A DNA stretch of 64,000 bases from Pseudomonadota bacterium (GTDB taxonomy: Bacteria > UBA10199 > 2-02-FULL-44-16 > DYJF01): positions 64,001-128,000 of the forward strand of contig JBDRBB010000010.1 of assembly GCA_043823065.1 (NCBI GenBank), read 5' to 3'. The position numbers were made by a program, and so were the translations under genes. This document shows, piece after piece, positions 51,592-62,745 of the stretch; the first letter of the stretch is position 1; each line of letters starts with the position of its first letter. The notes beneath the pieces were generated by a model. That model worked only from the letters and a program-made list of their open reading frames with translations. It searched no databases and was not told the origin of the DNA.

Positions 51592-51939
51592 ATGTTGCAG
51601 TTTTCCAAGCAAGACAGGTTGCTAAACGAAGCAGAGTTTACTCAAGTCAAAAATAATGGAATTAAGGTAGGGGGAGAATCAATATTTTTATCATTTTTGC
51701 CTGGGCCTAGAAAAAGACTTGGGGTAATAGTATCAAAAAAAGTCGGCAACGCAGTTATCAGGAACAAAATCAAGAGGATCATGCGGGATTTTTTTCGGGT
51801 TAACAGACAGGATTTTTTGTCTGGTGATTTTGTCTTTGTAGCCAAAAATCAAGCAGCTAAACAAACCAGCCAGGAGCTGCGTCAACAAATTGCCAAACTT
51901 CTGCAACGGCTCAGCAAGAAAACAGAAAACAAAACATGA
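51592..51939 (+). CDS. rnpA: Ribonuclease P protein component
   Basis: RLGVIVSKKVGNAVIRNKIKR; position after rpmH. Confidence 0.93.
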   Translation: MLQFSKQDRLLNEAEFTQVKNNGIKVGGESIFLSFLPGPRKRLGVIVSKKVGNAVIRNKIKRIMRDFFRVNRQDFLSGDFVFVAKNQAAKQTSQELRQQIAKLLQRLSKKTENKT

Positions 51940-52145
51940 AATGGATTTTAATAAAATTAATTAGGATGTATCAGCTTTTTTTAAGTCCATTTTTGGGTAG
52001 GCAATGCAGGTTTTATCCTACCTGTTCAGAATACGGCAAACAGGCGTTACAAGAGCATTCTAGCCGGAAAGCAGTTTTTTTAATTTTAAAACGTTTGCTC
52101 AATTGTCATCCCTTAGGTAAAGGGGGAGTTGATTTTGTACCCTGA
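51936..52145 (+). CDS. yidD: Membrane protein insertion efficiency factor
   Basis: CRFYPTCSEY, CHP..GG.D.VP. Confidence 0.93.
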   Translation: MKWILIKLIRMYQLFLSPFLGRQCRFYPTCSEYGKQALQEHSSRKAVFLILKRLLNCHPLGKGGVDFVP

Positions 52146-52157
52146 GGAGGATCATAG

Positions 52158-53852
52158 ATGAAACAGGAACATAAAGGATTATTAGCCATTGTTTTAAGTG
52201 CGGTTGTCTTTATTCTCTGGTATACGGTTTTTTCACCAACGCCCTCTCCAGAACAAGCAGTAGATCAACAGCAGCCAGAAGCCCAAGAGGCAACTCAAAC
52301 AGCAGAGCAAACAACAACTGAAACAAAGGCAGCACCTGAAAACCCAGCGCTTCTTGACGAAAGAGCAGTTCCAGAAAAAATAAGTGTTTTGGAAAACGAC
52401 CTAATTATAGCAGAATTTACCAATCACGGTGCAGTTCCCACAAGCTGGTTATTAAAAAAATATAAGCAACAACACCCAGGAAGTGAAAAAACCAAAAAAC
52501 TAGAACCAGTTAATTTGGCGTTTCTAGAGCCCGGAGAAAAACCAGCTCTAAATCTTACTTTTCAGGATGCCAATTTTCAAATACCAGACAGGCCTAAATA
52601 TGAAACAGTGAGAACAGCGGCCGATGAACTGGTGTACAAGTGGAGCTCCAAGGAAGTAGAAATTGTTAAAACCATTAAACTCCCCCCCAACAGCTATTTG
52701 GCAGATATAGAGGTTTTGGTAAAAAACAAGACCAACAAGGTTATAAGTGAAAGACCTTTGCTTTCTTGGAGCGGGGTTTATCTTCCCAATAAATCATCTG
52801 GTTTTTTTAGTATGTTTAAACAACCGCCAGTTACCAACAAAAACCCGGTTTATTATTTAAATGGTTCAGTGGAAAGAGAGAGCAATGTTTCTAAAATTCC
52901 TTTAGAAGAAGATTTCACCGGAACTGTTTATTGGGCAGGTTTGGAAGATAGATATTTTTTGAGCGCCATTATTCCTCGTGATCAAAGTTCTCAAACCTCA
53001 GCAGAAATCGGAGCTAAAGATATCAGCAACATTCAAGGTGGCCGTAAAGTATATGCTGGAGCTGCCTTGGCCAATTCCTCTGTTCCACCCAATAGCCAGG
53101 TAGTGCATAAATTTTCTGTATATGCAGGTCCTAAAGAAATCAATCAACTCAAAGCAGTTGGCGTACGCTTAGATGAATCAATTGATTATGGCTGGTTCAC
53201 TATTATTGCCATTCCTATTTTATATTTACTTAAGTTTTTCCATAGCGTGGTACACAACTATGGAGTAGCCATAATTTTATTAACTATTTTCATTAAATTG
53301 TTGTTGCATCCCATAAATAAGAAATCCTTAAAATCAATGAAGCAGATGCAAAAACTGCAGCCACGCCTCAAAGAATTACAAAAAAAGTTTGCTGGAGATA
53401 AAACCAAATTAAACACAGAAACCATGCAGCTTTTTAAGGCTAATAAGGTAAATCCTATGGGAGGGTGTTTGCCCATGCTTTTGCAGTTTCCTATATATAT
53501 TGCCTTATACAAAGTTTTGTGGAGCTCCATAGAGCTCTACCGGGCGCCTTTTTTCTGGATATACAAAGATCTTTCAGCCCCAGATCCTTATTATATCACG
53601 CCAATCTTGTTGGGTATTGGCATGGTTCTGCAGCAAAAGATTATGCCTTCAGCAAGCGCTGATCCTGCTCAACAAAAAATGATGATGATTATGCCGGTGA
53701 TGTTTGCGGTATTTATGCTTTTTTTGCCAGTGGGTTTGGTAATCTACATTTTAGTGAACACCACTATGAGCGTTACCCAGCAATGGATGTATAATCATGA
53801 TATTCATTTCCGGGATGTGATTCGAGGAAAGATTAAGTATCAGAAGAGTTAA
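52158..53852 (+). CDS. yidC: Membrane protein insertase YidC
   Basis: YAGPKE, IDYGW, NPMGGCLPMLLQ, DLSAPDPY. Confidence 0.96.
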   Translation: MKQEHKGLLAIVLSAVVFILWYTVFSPTPSPEQAVDQQQPEAQEATQTAEQTTTETKAAPENPALLDERAVPEKISVLENDLIIAEFTNHGAVPTSWLLKKYKQQHPGSEKTKKLEPVNLAFLEPGEKPALNLTFQDANFQIPDRPKYETVRTAADELVYKWSSKEVEIVKTIKLPPNSYLADIEVLVKNKTNKVISERPLLSWSGVYLPNKSSGFFSMFKQPPVTNKNPVYYLNGSVERESNVSKIPLEEDFTGTVYWAGLEDRYFLSAIIPRDQSSQTSAEIGAKDISNIQGGRKVYAGAALANSSVPPNSQVVHKFSVYAGPKEINQLKAVGVRLDESIDYGWFTIIAIPILYLLKFFHSVVHNYGVAIILLTIFIKLLLHPINKKSLKSMKQMQKLQPRLKELQKKFAGDKTKLNTETMQLFKANKVNPMGGCLPMLLQFPIYIALYKVLWSSIELYRAPFFWIYKDLSAPDPYYITPILLGIGMVLQQKIMPSASADPAQQKMMMIMPVMFAVFMLFLPVGLVIYILVNTTMSVTQQWMYNHDIHFRDVIRGKIKYQKS

Positions 53853-53869
53853 CAAGATGTCATAAGCAG

Positions 53870-53946
53870 CCGTTCATGGTTCGACAGGCTCACCATGAAC
53901 GGATAAGCATTTAATTCCCCGTTCACCCTGAGCTTGTCGAAGGGTG
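53870..53946. repeat. REP-like element (TTCGACAGGCTCA / TGAGCTTGTCGAAGG)
   Basis: ccgttcatggttcgacaggctcaccatgaacgg...ccgttcaccctgagcttgtcgaagggtg between convergent genes. Confidence 0.75.
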
Positions 53947-53960
53947 TCGGGAAGTAATAA

Positions 53961-56186
53961 CTATTTCCTTATTCTCCGCATAATCAGCCCTATAAACGGT
54001 AACAGAACAAGCAGCACAGGGGCGTAGTTAATTGGTCCAACATGAGGCACCAAGATACCGCCGCAACTGCTGGAAGAAGATCCACCACCGCTACCGCAAG
54101 AACTTCCGCCGTAACAAGCAGAGCTGCTATTAATAGTTTGAATAGCTGCCAAAGCATTTACCTTGCCATAACCATAATAATTATTAGGTGTAGCTCCGTT
54201 AACTGGCACATTGGTTGCTGTGCTGGTTAAGGCATTCTTCACTTCAGTGGCTGTAAGACAATTATTTTTTTCTAAAAGCAGAGCTACAATACCAGCTACA
54301 TGGGGGCTGGCCATAGAGGTGCCTTCAAATTTAGCATGGGTGCTATCGCCTAAAATTTCCGAATCAAAACTCATACCCCGTGCAGCGCTAGAAATAATTG
54401 GCTCTCCAGGAGCAACCAAGTCAGGTTTGATGCGAGCCCCAGAGATTTCACCGGTCGGTCCTAAGCTGGAAAATAATGAAACGCTGCCAACAGTGCTGCC
54501 AGTGGCGCCTATGCTAGGATCATATTGATTCTGATTATGTGAGGTACCATTGATGTCTGTCCAAGTAGCGCGATCTATATAAGAACCCACAGTAATCACC
54601 TCAGAAGCGGTACCAGGAACGGTGGTAGTTTTATTGCTATCGCCGTCATTAACGCCGTAGCCATCAGTGCCGGCGATATCAAACGTGTTGATATTTTGAA
54701 AAAAATCTAGAACAGCGGTCTGATCTGGATATAGCCACATATCCCCAGTACACTGCCCACTTGGTGTCCGAAAGATAATATCAAAATTATAACCATTAGT
54801 AGAATTAGTAATATCTGTTGCCCAACTAGTCACTGGCATAATATTAACAATAGCATGGGGCCGGCCATTTTGGCTGTCTGAAGTGTAAGTATAAACATCA
54901 ACCTCTGCTTTATTATCATTAGTAATATTATCTAAGCTGGTGCGGTCTGAGGTAAAATTAATAGCGGTTGTTTTTACGCGAGCAAAGTTGGTGTTGGTGT
55001 TTCCAGGATGATTCCAATAATCTTCATCTTTACGATAAGCCATAACTTCAATTGTAGTGTCGCGGCAAGCAACAGTATCAGCCAGCCAGACATCAACTGT
55101 AGCTGGTGTGCCATAATTGGCAATATAGCTATTGAAAATACCTGCTTTCCAGCCCTGGGCTTGGGCTGAGCTAACTTCAATGGCTGCGTGAATTCCACCA
55201 TAATCATTGCTGACTGCATTGTAATTTACATTTTCATTACCCGCAGCATTAACTATTACGCGACCTTGTTCGCCAGCTACTGCACTATTTAACCCTTCTT
55301 CTAAAAGCGAGGTGTTGTCATGAGCTCCCAAAGAGGTGCCTAAAGAAAGATTAATTACCGCTGGCAAGTCTAGACTATCTGCTTTAGAAAAAATAGCTGC
55401 TACATTTTCCAGCACCTGAGTGGAAAAAGAAAAGGTAGTGCTATCGCTGGTTTCAGCGTTAGTTGCAGAATTAAAACCAAAAGCGATAAAGGACTGAGGA
55501 GCTACTCCTGTATAGGTTGAATTATTACCAGCAGCAATTCCAGTGACATTGGTGCCATGTCCACTATCTAAGGTGCCGCCCTGAACGATATCACAGGAAC
55601 TGTCATCAATTGTAGAGTTAGTGCATTCTTGAACAGCATTAGTGGTGGGGTTCCTTCTTCTCATATAACAGATGCGTGTTGTGCTATTGGTATTTTGAAA
55701 ATCAGCATGATGCCAATCTAGACTGCCATCAACCACGCCTACCAAGACATTTTGGCCGTTATAGGCCTGGCTTAAACCATCACCAGCCTGCACACTAGCA
55801 ACGCCAGTATAGGTTCTAGCAGCATTCATTTTGGGGGTCATGGGTTTGGCTGCTTCCAGATAAACAACTTCATCTAAATTAGAAATTGTCTCCAAATTAT
55901 CCAAAGGGATAGTAACCGACATGATCTGCCCGATCGTAGCCCCGACTTCGCCGCCCGCAATAATAATTTCATGTAAAGTAGAGTCAGGATCTGTGCTTTT
56001 GAGTAGGCAGTCAATTGTGGGAATAGCGCTGGTTAAGTCCAAGCTCTTGCCCAGCATGGCTTTGGCAGTTTCAGGAGAGGAACTAGCTATTCTTAAATAG
56101 CCGTCCATTTTAGATACATCAGCACCAGCAGCGGTTGCTAATAATAAACTTATGCCACAGATACTTGCGGTTACCAATTTTTTCAT
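53961..56186 (-). CDS. S8 subtilase with prodomain and C-terminal membrane-anchor sorting signal
   Basis: Triad VVDGS / HGTNVTGIAAG / GTSMASPHV; SD gaggag before MKKLV. Confidence 0.9.
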   Translation of the reverse strand: MKKLVTASICGISLLLATAAGADVSKMDGYLRIASSSPETAKAMLGKSLDLTSAIPTIDCLLKSTDPDSTLHEIIIAGGEVGATIGQIMSVTIPLDNLETISNLDEVVYLEAAKPMTPKMNAARTYTGVASVQAGDGLSQAYNGQNVLVGVVDGSLDWHHADFQNTNSTTRICYMRRRNPTTNAVQECTNSTIDDSSCDIVQGGTLDSGHGTNVTGIAAGNNSTYTGVAPQSFIAFGFNSATNAETSDSTTFSFSTQVLENVAAIFSKADSLDLPAVINLSLGTSLGAHDNTSLLEEGLNSAVAGEQGRVIVNAAGNENVNYNAVSNDYGGIHAAIEVSSAQAQGWKAGIFNSYIANYGTPATVDVWLADTVACRDTTIEVMAYRKDEDYWNHPGNTNTNFARVKTTAINFTSDRTSLDNITNDNKAEVDVYTYTSDSQNGRPHAIVNIMPVTSWATDITNSTNGYNFDIIFRTPSGQCTGDMWLYPDQTAVLDFFQNINTFDIAGTDGYGVNDGDSNKTTTVPGTASEVITVGSYIDRATWTDINGTSHNQNQYDPSIGATGSTVGSVSLFSSLGPTGEISGARIKPDLVAPGEPIISSAARGMSFDSEILGDSTHAKFEGTSMASPHVAGIVALLLEKNNCLTATEVKNALTSTATNVPVNGATPNNYYGYGKVNALAAIQTINSSSACYGGSSCGSGGGSSSSSCGGILVPHVGPINYAPVLLVLLPFIGLIMRRIRK

Positions 56187-56218
56187 AATTTCTCCTCGTT
56201 GTTTAATCGCAAAAACCA

Positions 56219-56587
56219 TTATTCTTTAAGAGACATAGGAACTGCAAGTTCTAAAAATTTTACAAATTCAAGATTGGCCACTTCTGGCACGTTTTCGGTT
56301 TTAACGTGGCCGGTAATAATTTTTTTGATTTTTGCTCTTAGAACAAAACCAGCTTGAGCAAGTGTTTTTTCTTGGTCGTTAGAAATTGGTTTAGTTGTCT
56401 TGATTATAGTTTCAAAATCTTGTTGAAAGTTTTTTTGGGAAACTGCTTCTTGCCAGGATTGTTTAAAACGTCCATCTAGTTTATGCCAACCAGGCGTGGA
56501 TTCAAAGGCAGACACGCCTGGGCTGGTTTGTTTGGCTGCACAATTGAAACAACAAAGCATAATCAGCAAAACCAAAAACTTTTTCAT
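56219..56587 (-). CDS. Lipoprotein resembling the adjacent subtilase prodomain
   Basis: Lipobox-like FNC; aligns by eye to the S8 N-terminal domain. Confidence 0.7.
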   Translation of the reverse strand: MKKFLVLLIMLCCFNCAAKQTSPGVSAFESTPGWHKLDGRFKQSWQEAVSQKNFQQDFETIIKTTKPISNDQEKTLAQAGFVLRAKIKKIITGHVKTENVPEVANLEFVKFLELAVPMSLKE

Positions 56588-57033
56588 TATTTAATTCTTT
56601 CCACAATTTTTACTTCTACCCGGCGATTCTTGAACATATTTTCTTCGCTAGTATTTGGTACTAATGGTCTGGACCGACCATAGCCAACTACTACCATTCT
56701 TTCTTTGCTAATACCCTTGGAAACAAAATAATCGTAAACAGCCTTTGCTCTTTTTACAGAAAGTTTTTTATTATAAGCATCTGAACCGCGAATGTCGCAG
56801 TGCCCTTCAATTCTTACTTTTAGTTTAGGATCATTTTGCAAAATTTTAATATCTTCCTCTAAAATTTGGTAACCTTCAGGTCTGATTTGATATTTATCAA
56901 AATCAAAGTTTACCCCGCGAAGTACTGTAAGATGCACCACTCGTTCGCAGTTTTCGCAACGACCGCTGCAACCTACAGTAAAAGCATATGCCCCCAGAGC
57001 GATCACGACTACCAAAAGCGCCAACCTCTTCAT
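56587..57033 (-). CDS. OmpA/Pal-family peptidoglycan-binding lipoprotein
   Basis: VGC lipobox, NFDFDK, IEGHCD, YNKKLSVKRA, NRRVE. Confidence 0.9.
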   Translation of the reverse strand: MKRLALLVVVIALGAYAFTVGCSGRCENCERVVHLTVLRGVNFDFDKYQIRPEGYQILEEDIKILQNDPKLKVRIEGHCDIRGSDAYNKKLSVKRAKAVYDYFVSKGISKERMVVVGYGRSRPLVPNTSEENMFKNRRVEVKIVERIK

Positions 57034-57133
57034 AAAATCCTCCTTAAATTACATTTGAGTAAAATATATGGCACTAATCTTAGGCAAAATCAAGGCTTGA
57101 GAACTAAGCCCAATCCTGCTATGGCTTTGACGT

Positions 57134-57352
57134 ATGAAGCATAGTTTTTCAACCAGTGTACGCCTGTATGTTCGCCGGGTGTTGTTTGGAATGCTAATTA
57201 TTCCTTATAATGCGATTAGTGGTATTATTGTTGGTTCCTGGCTGATTCTTCTGGGGGCTACTCTTGGCCCTTGCCGCAGACCAAATTGGCCAAGAACATG
57301 GAGATTCTATCCCTGGAAACTCAATCTTTGCCCAAAAAAAGATTTAAAGTAG
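57134..57352 (+). CDS. Possible small membrane protein
   Basis: 72-aa ORF with hydrophobic core; weak SD, overlaps the next gene. Confidence 0.3.
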   Translation: MKHSFSTSVRLYVRRVLFGMLIIPYNAISGIIVGSWLILLGATLGPCRRPNWPRTWRFYPWKLNLCPKKDLK

Positions 57353-57675
57353 TTAATGAAGGGTTTACCTGTGTCCATTGTGGAACTAAGGTTAAGCCCT
57401 CCACTTGTGGTACGCCACGCAATCACTGTCCTTTTTGTCTATATTGTTTACATGTGGATATTAATGTTGGTGATCGGGAAAATCCTTGCCGAGGGGTTAT
57501 GGAACCAGTGGGCGTGGTTACAGATTCCAAAAAAGAGTATATTATTATTCACAAATGTCTAAAATGCGGCGCGCAAATGCGCACCAAGATCATTGGTAGC
57601 CAAGACATCCAACCTGATGACTTTGATTTAATTATTAAGCTGAGCACCAATCAAATTCGAATATCTAAATCCTAA
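57298..57675 (+). CDS. RNHCP domain protein (Zn-ribbon)
   Basis: CVHCG, RNHCPFCLYCLHVD, HKCLKCG; exact start uncertain. Confidence 0.85.
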   Translation: MEILSLETQSLPKKRFKVVNEGFTCVHCGTKVKPSTCGTPRNHCPFCLYCLHVDINVGDRENPCRGVMEPVGVVTDSKKEYIIIHKCLKCGAQMRTKIIGSQDIQPDDFDLIIKLSTNQIRISKS

Positions 57676-57789
57676 ATTCTAAACAAATCCAAAATCCAAA
57701 TGTTCAAATTCTCTAAACGAAATGTTTTGGTCATTTGAATTTTGGTAATTTGATATTGTTTTGAGTTTAGATATTAGAAATTAGGATTT
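57653..57789. repeat. Inverted array of degenerate heptamers between convergent genes
   Basis: aatatctaaatcctaaattctaaac... paired with ...gtttagatattagaaattaggattt. Confidence 0.65.
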
Positions 57790-57794
57790 CTAAT

Positions 57795-59519
57795 TTAAAA
57801 CTCTATGGAGGCAGTGAGGCGGATGCCCCAGCCAAGGTTGGCATTGTCTTGCGGAATAGGTTCAATTAGGGCTCCAGGATCAGTTACGTTTACTTCAATA
57901 TTATATTCTCGGCCGGGAATTAGCACGCCACCTTCCAGGGCTGTGTAGAGATATTCAAATAATTTTGCTTCTACAGAAAGATCAAATTCCAAACCATACC
58001 AGCGTTTTAAGAAGCTGCTGGCAGTTTCAGAAATGGTTGGCAGATTGGCTGTGCCCACTACTTGCGCAAAATCTACGTTGACGTTTTTCTTATGAGCCCA
58101 GGCAGTGACTATTTTGCCGCCAACTTTTAAAAATTCACAACCAGCAATGACATCAGAGACATCAAATTCATGTTTATACCCAGCAGTAAGATAAACAGCA
58201 TTGTTAATATAATTGCCGGTTAGCCACTGGCCGCCGCCCAACTTAGCAGTTGTGCCAGGATCATAGGCTGGTTCGCCATAATAAGAAGGAGAAGTGCCTA
58301 AAGGACGGTTAAACATTAAAAGTGCAATTTGATAATCTGGTCGAAAACCTAATTGCGTGATTTTACCTGACAGCACATCACCATCACCTTGGGCAAAACC
58401 AGTTTGTATTTTCCAGGAACCGCCCCATTTATAATCAGCTTCAGCTTCAAAAGCAGCCATAAGCACTTGCATAGATTGGTTTTGAGGTAAACAAATTATA
58501 CCACCAGTGCCACAAGGATTGGCTGGATCAGCAGCGCCCAATCCTTGGAAAGGAACTGCATCTACAGCAACGCCAGTGGAAACTTTACCGCCAACATAAA
58601 CGCCTTCAAGCTGAAATTTATAATTTTCATACTGATATTTGGCATAAAGGTCGATAAAGTAGAGTAAGGTGTCTCCGTCTACCCCAGCTGCCACTTCATT
58701 TTGCAAAGCATCAGTAACCGTCATGGTCGTGGCGCCATTACGACCATCACGCCTTCTAATTCCACCAAATACACCAACTGTTGCTTCGGTCCTATCATAA
58801 ATAAATAGCGCTGCATATTGCTGAGTATCTCGGGAATTGCTGGGCATGGCTAAATCCTGAACCGTGCCGCCAAAGCCAAGACGTTGATCAGTTTGAGCTT
58901 CATAAGCAATGTCCCATGACAAACCTCCAGTAACGCTACCTGCACCAGCTAAGTCTTTTTGAAAAAGATACAAAATGCGATCTGCTGTATCGCCAAAATC
59001 ACCTTGTCGCTCCCTGCCATCATTTTGAAAAATACCCAAACCCCAATGTGAGGGTTGGCGACCAAGGCGAAATTTGCCAATAGGCGTTAATATATCTGCC
59101 CAAACCCGGCGGATGTTGATTGCTTGATTGTCTCCTGCAACACCACCAGTCATCCAGAACGAACCTGCGCCAGCAGGCATGGTTAAAGTGCCGACCAAAG
59201 GAGAAAGCACATTAAGCTCTTTAGTATCTTTGGTGCCGTAAAGTACATTATCCAAAATATCAAATTCAGCTTGAATAGAGATATGATCGTTTAATTTAAG
59301 GTTTGGTTCTAATCTTAAACGCATTTGATTATAACTGACAAAACCAAAGCGATTATTGGAATAAGCAATAGAACTGTTTGGGCGCTGAAGATCAGTATTA
59401 TCTAGAGCAACTACCCTGGTGCGGTAATAGCCATGCGTGGAAAAATCAACAGCAAGAGCAGTTGCGGTAAAGATTAATAGAAAAAAAAGAACAAAGAGAT
59501 ATTTAATGGATTTTACCAT
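57795..59519 (-). CDS. Outer-membrane beta-barrel protein (myxobacterial TIGR04551-like)
   Basis: Signal peptide, HGYYRTR, GRQPSHWGLGI..NDG, terminal F. Confidence 0.7.
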   Translation of the reverse strand: MVKSIKYLFVLFFLLIFTATALAVDFSTHGYYRTRVVALDNTDLQRPNSSIAYSNNRFGFVSYNQMRLRLEPNLKLNDHISIQAEFDILDNVLYGTKDTKELNVLSPLVGTLTMPAGAGSFWMTGGVAGDNQAINIRRVWADILTPIGKFRLGRQPSHWGLGIFQNDGRERQGDFGDTADRILYLFQKDLAGAGSVTGGLSWDIAYEAQTDQRLGFGGTVQDLAMPSNSRDTQQYAALFIYDRTEATVGVFGGIRRRDGRNGATTMTVTDALQNEVAAGVDGDTLLYFIDLYAKYQYENYKFQLEGVYVGGKVSTGVAVDAVPFQGLGAADPANPCGTGGIICLPQNQSMQVLMAAFEAEADYKWGGSWKIQTGFAQGDGDVLSGKITQLGFRPDYQIALLMFNRPLGTSPSYYGEPAYDPGTTAKLGGGQWLTGNYINNAVYLTAGYKHEFDVSDVIAGCEFLKVGGKIVTAWAHKKNVNVDFAQVVGTANLPTISETASSFLKRWYGLEFDLSVEAKLFEYLYTALEGGVLIPGREYNIEVNVTDPGALIEPIPQDNANLGWGIRLTASIEF

Positions 59520-59577
59520 GACTCCCCTTTTAGAATTTTCTAATAATATCATGGTTTTCAGAAGCGTCAAGGAACAA

Positions 59578-59609
59578 TAAAAAAGCCCCTGTTAAAAACA
59601 GGGGCTTTT
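59578..59609 (-). terminator. Terminator after groEL
   Basis: aaaagcccctgtt-aaa-aacaggggctttt. Confidence 0.8.
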
Positions 59610-59632
59610 GGCAATTGTACTTGAAACGCAGA

Positions 59633-61294
<1,662 letters not shown>

Positions 61295-61305
61295 TTACAA
61301 TTAAA

Positions 61306-61608
61306 TTAACTAACAATTCCAAGTACATCATCTTCACGCATGATTAAATATTCTTCACCAGAGATTTTGATTTCATTTCCAGAATATTTGGTGAATAAAA
61401 CGCGGTTACCTGCTTTTACTTCCAAAGGCTGGGTCTTGCCAGTATCTAAAAGTTTTCCTGCGCCAACAGCAATTACTTCACCTTCTTGGGGTTTTTCTTT
61501 TGCAGAATCTGGAATGATGATTCCGCCTGCGGTTTTTTCTTCCTCGGTTAAGCGCTTGACCAAGATGCGATCATGCAGAGGTCGAAAGTTTGGGGTTTTT
61601 GGTGCCAT
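61306..61608 (-). CDS. groS: Co-chaperonin GroES
   Basis: [21 protein letters not shown]. Confidence 0.98.
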   Translation of the reverse strand: MAPKTPNFRPLHDRILVKRLTEEEKTAGGIIIPDSAKEKPQEGEVIAVGAGKLLDTGKTQPLEVKAGNRVLFTKYSGNEIKISGEEYLIMREDDVLGIVS

Positions 61609-61647
61609 ATAAGTCCTCCTTTTTAGTTTTTGTTATTTTTCGCTTCA

Positions 61648-61674
61648 TTAGCACTCTCCTTTGAGGAGTGCCAA
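61648..61674. promoter_or_regulatory. CIRCE element (HrcA operator)
   Basis: TTAGCACTC-N9-GAGTGCCAA upstream of groES. Confidence 0.9.
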
Positions 61675-61689
61675 TCAGCACGATTGTGC

Positions 61690-61719
61690 ACTATAGGGGG
61701 TCAAACCCCAGGTTGTCAA
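61690..61719 (-). promoter_or_regulatory. groESL promoter
   Basis: TTGACA-N18-TATAGT directly upstream of CIRCE. Confidence 0.7.
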
Positions 61720-61739
61720 GGGGTGAAAACAATTTTTTA

Positions 61740-62651
61740 TTATAAAGGTTGACTCCAGCCCTCAGTTAACCCCCATTTAAGCAGGGCTTTTTCTGCTTTT
61801 TCAAACTCTTGAGCAAAGATCCTGCGGTTTATAATGGAGTCTTGGGAGGCCTTATAAGCAGGGAAATATTGACTCATTAGATTAACCGGCACCTTGGTAG
61901 ATAGTTCTTTGGCTACAAATTCAAATAATTTCTCACTTGAGGCCAGGCCCCCAGGAAGAACTAAGTGCCTGATAAGTAATCCTTTTTTGCCAAGGCCGTT
62001 TTCATCAACCTCTAATGGTCCAACTTGTTTATACATTTCTTTAAGCGCCAGACAAACATGCTTATAATAGTTAGTTGCCCCAGAATATTTTTGGGCGATT
62101 TTATCATCAAAATACTTAATATCTGGCATATAGATATCTACCAGTCCATTTAGAAGTCTTAATGCTTCTAACCCCTCATACCCACTTGAGTTATAAACAA
62201 TAGGAATTTTTAAACCCTTTTGAGCAGCAATTAAAAGCCCAGCCAAAAATTGGGCTGTGACATGCGAAGGGGTGACCAAATTGATATTATGGGAACCTCT
62301 TTTTTGTAAATTTAGCATTAGTAAAGCCAAGCGAGCAGGATTTGCTGGTTCGCCATTACCCATTTGGCTGATGGGATAGTTTTGGCAAAAGATGCAGCGC
62401 AGATTGCAAAAAGAAAAAAAGATCGTGCCAGAACCTTGGCTGCCGCTAATTGGCGGTTCTTCACCATGATGCAAATTAGCGCTAGCCACTTTGCAAATTT
62501 TACCTGTGCGGCAAAGACCGAGTTCGTTTTTTAGGCGATTAACCTTGCATTTATGCGGACACAATTTACACGAGCGCAAAGCCTGATAAGCCAAACCCAC
62601 ACGCTTAGCCAGCTCCCCAGATTGTAAAAGTTTAAGATAAGAAGGGTTCAT
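61740..62651 (-). CDS. PflX-like radical SAM protein
   Basis: CKLCPHKC, HHGEEPPISG..GSGTIFF, CNLRCIFCQN; start reset to MNPSY. Confidence 0.85.
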   Translation of the reverse strand: MNPSYLKLLQSGELAKRVGLAYQALRSCKLCPHKCKVNRLKNELGLCRTGKICKVASANLHHGEEPPISGSQGSGTIFFSFCNLRCIFCQNYPISQMGNGEPANPARLALLMLNLQKRGSHNINLVTPSHVTAQFLAGLLIAAQKGLKIPIVYNSSGYEGLEALRLLNGLVDIYMPDIKYFDDKIAQKYSGATNYYKHVCLALKEMYKQVGPLEVDENGLGKKGLLIRHLVLPGGLASSEKLFEFVAKELSTKVPVNLMSQYFPAYKASQDSIINRRIFAQEFEKAEKALLKWGLTEGWSQPL

Positions 62652-62656
62652 TATAA

Positions 62657-62737
62657 TGTTGTCATTGCGAGGAACGCAAGTGACGAAGCAATCCAGTCTG
62701 GATCGCCACGTCGCTAGCGCTCCTCGCGATGACAACA
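62657..62737. repeat. REP-like element (GTCATTGCGAGG...CCTCGCGATGAC)
   Basis: tgttgtcattgcgagga...tcctcgcgatgacaaca inverted ends. Confidence 0.78.
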
Positions 62738-62745
62738 GTGGAAAT

